64,000 nt of DNA from an uncultured Candidatus Saccharibacteria bacterium (GTDB lineage: Bacteria; Patescibacteriota; Minisyncoccia; Sungbacterales; JACQCQ01), in contig CAZBTX010000002.1 in the NCBI GenBank assembly GCA_964494945.1, positions 38,696 through 102,695 on the forward strand, written 5' to 3'. The position numbers were made by a program, and so were the translations under genes. The stretch's first letter is position 1. Each line of letters begins with the position of its first letter. This document shows, in pieces, positions 63,971 through 64,000 of the stretch. The notes under the pieces are model-generated. The model was not told where the DNA came from. It was given only the letters and a program-made list of their open reading frames with translations, and did not search any database.

Positions 63971-64000
63971 GTGAGTTATATACTTTACTGGCGGTTTTGG

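Overview
This 64-kb window looks like a Patescibacteria/CPR (Parcubacteria-like) chromosome. That assignment is an inference from gene content and style. The housekeeping backbone includes pyrF, dprA, topA, relA/spoT, parB, folD, tsaC, leuS, tatD, metG, glyQS, recO, ileS, argS, smpB-tmRNA, infC-rpmI-rplT, znuCB, polX, udg, tgt, rarA, purM, murE and a FemAB gene, with about a dozen solitary orphan genes interspersed. The striking feature is non-coding. At least six families of hairpin or inverted-repeat insertions occur inside tRNA genes, inside tmRNA, directly on start codons and in frame inside essential proteins. (1) A tRNA-Leu(CAA) gene (8420-8838) is broken by three hairpin inserts, and one insert carries a second, intact tRNA-Leu(CAA). 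A related architecture and a shared element occur at tRNA-Arg(CCG). (2) A TATG-flanked hairpin family with a conserved GA/AG asymmetry sits on the leuS, AI-2E and udg start codons. (3) A ~140-nt covarying structured element occurs in three copies. (4) A four-helix-bundle gene, a PaaX/Cas2-like gene and a TrpR-like gene are each bracketed by their own repeats, and gene-less copies of the first two repeat types occur elsewhere. No transposase, integrase, reverse transcriptase or CRISPR array is recognisable in the window. Mechanisms (RNA-level excision versus tolerated DNA insertions) are inference only. All calls were made by eye.
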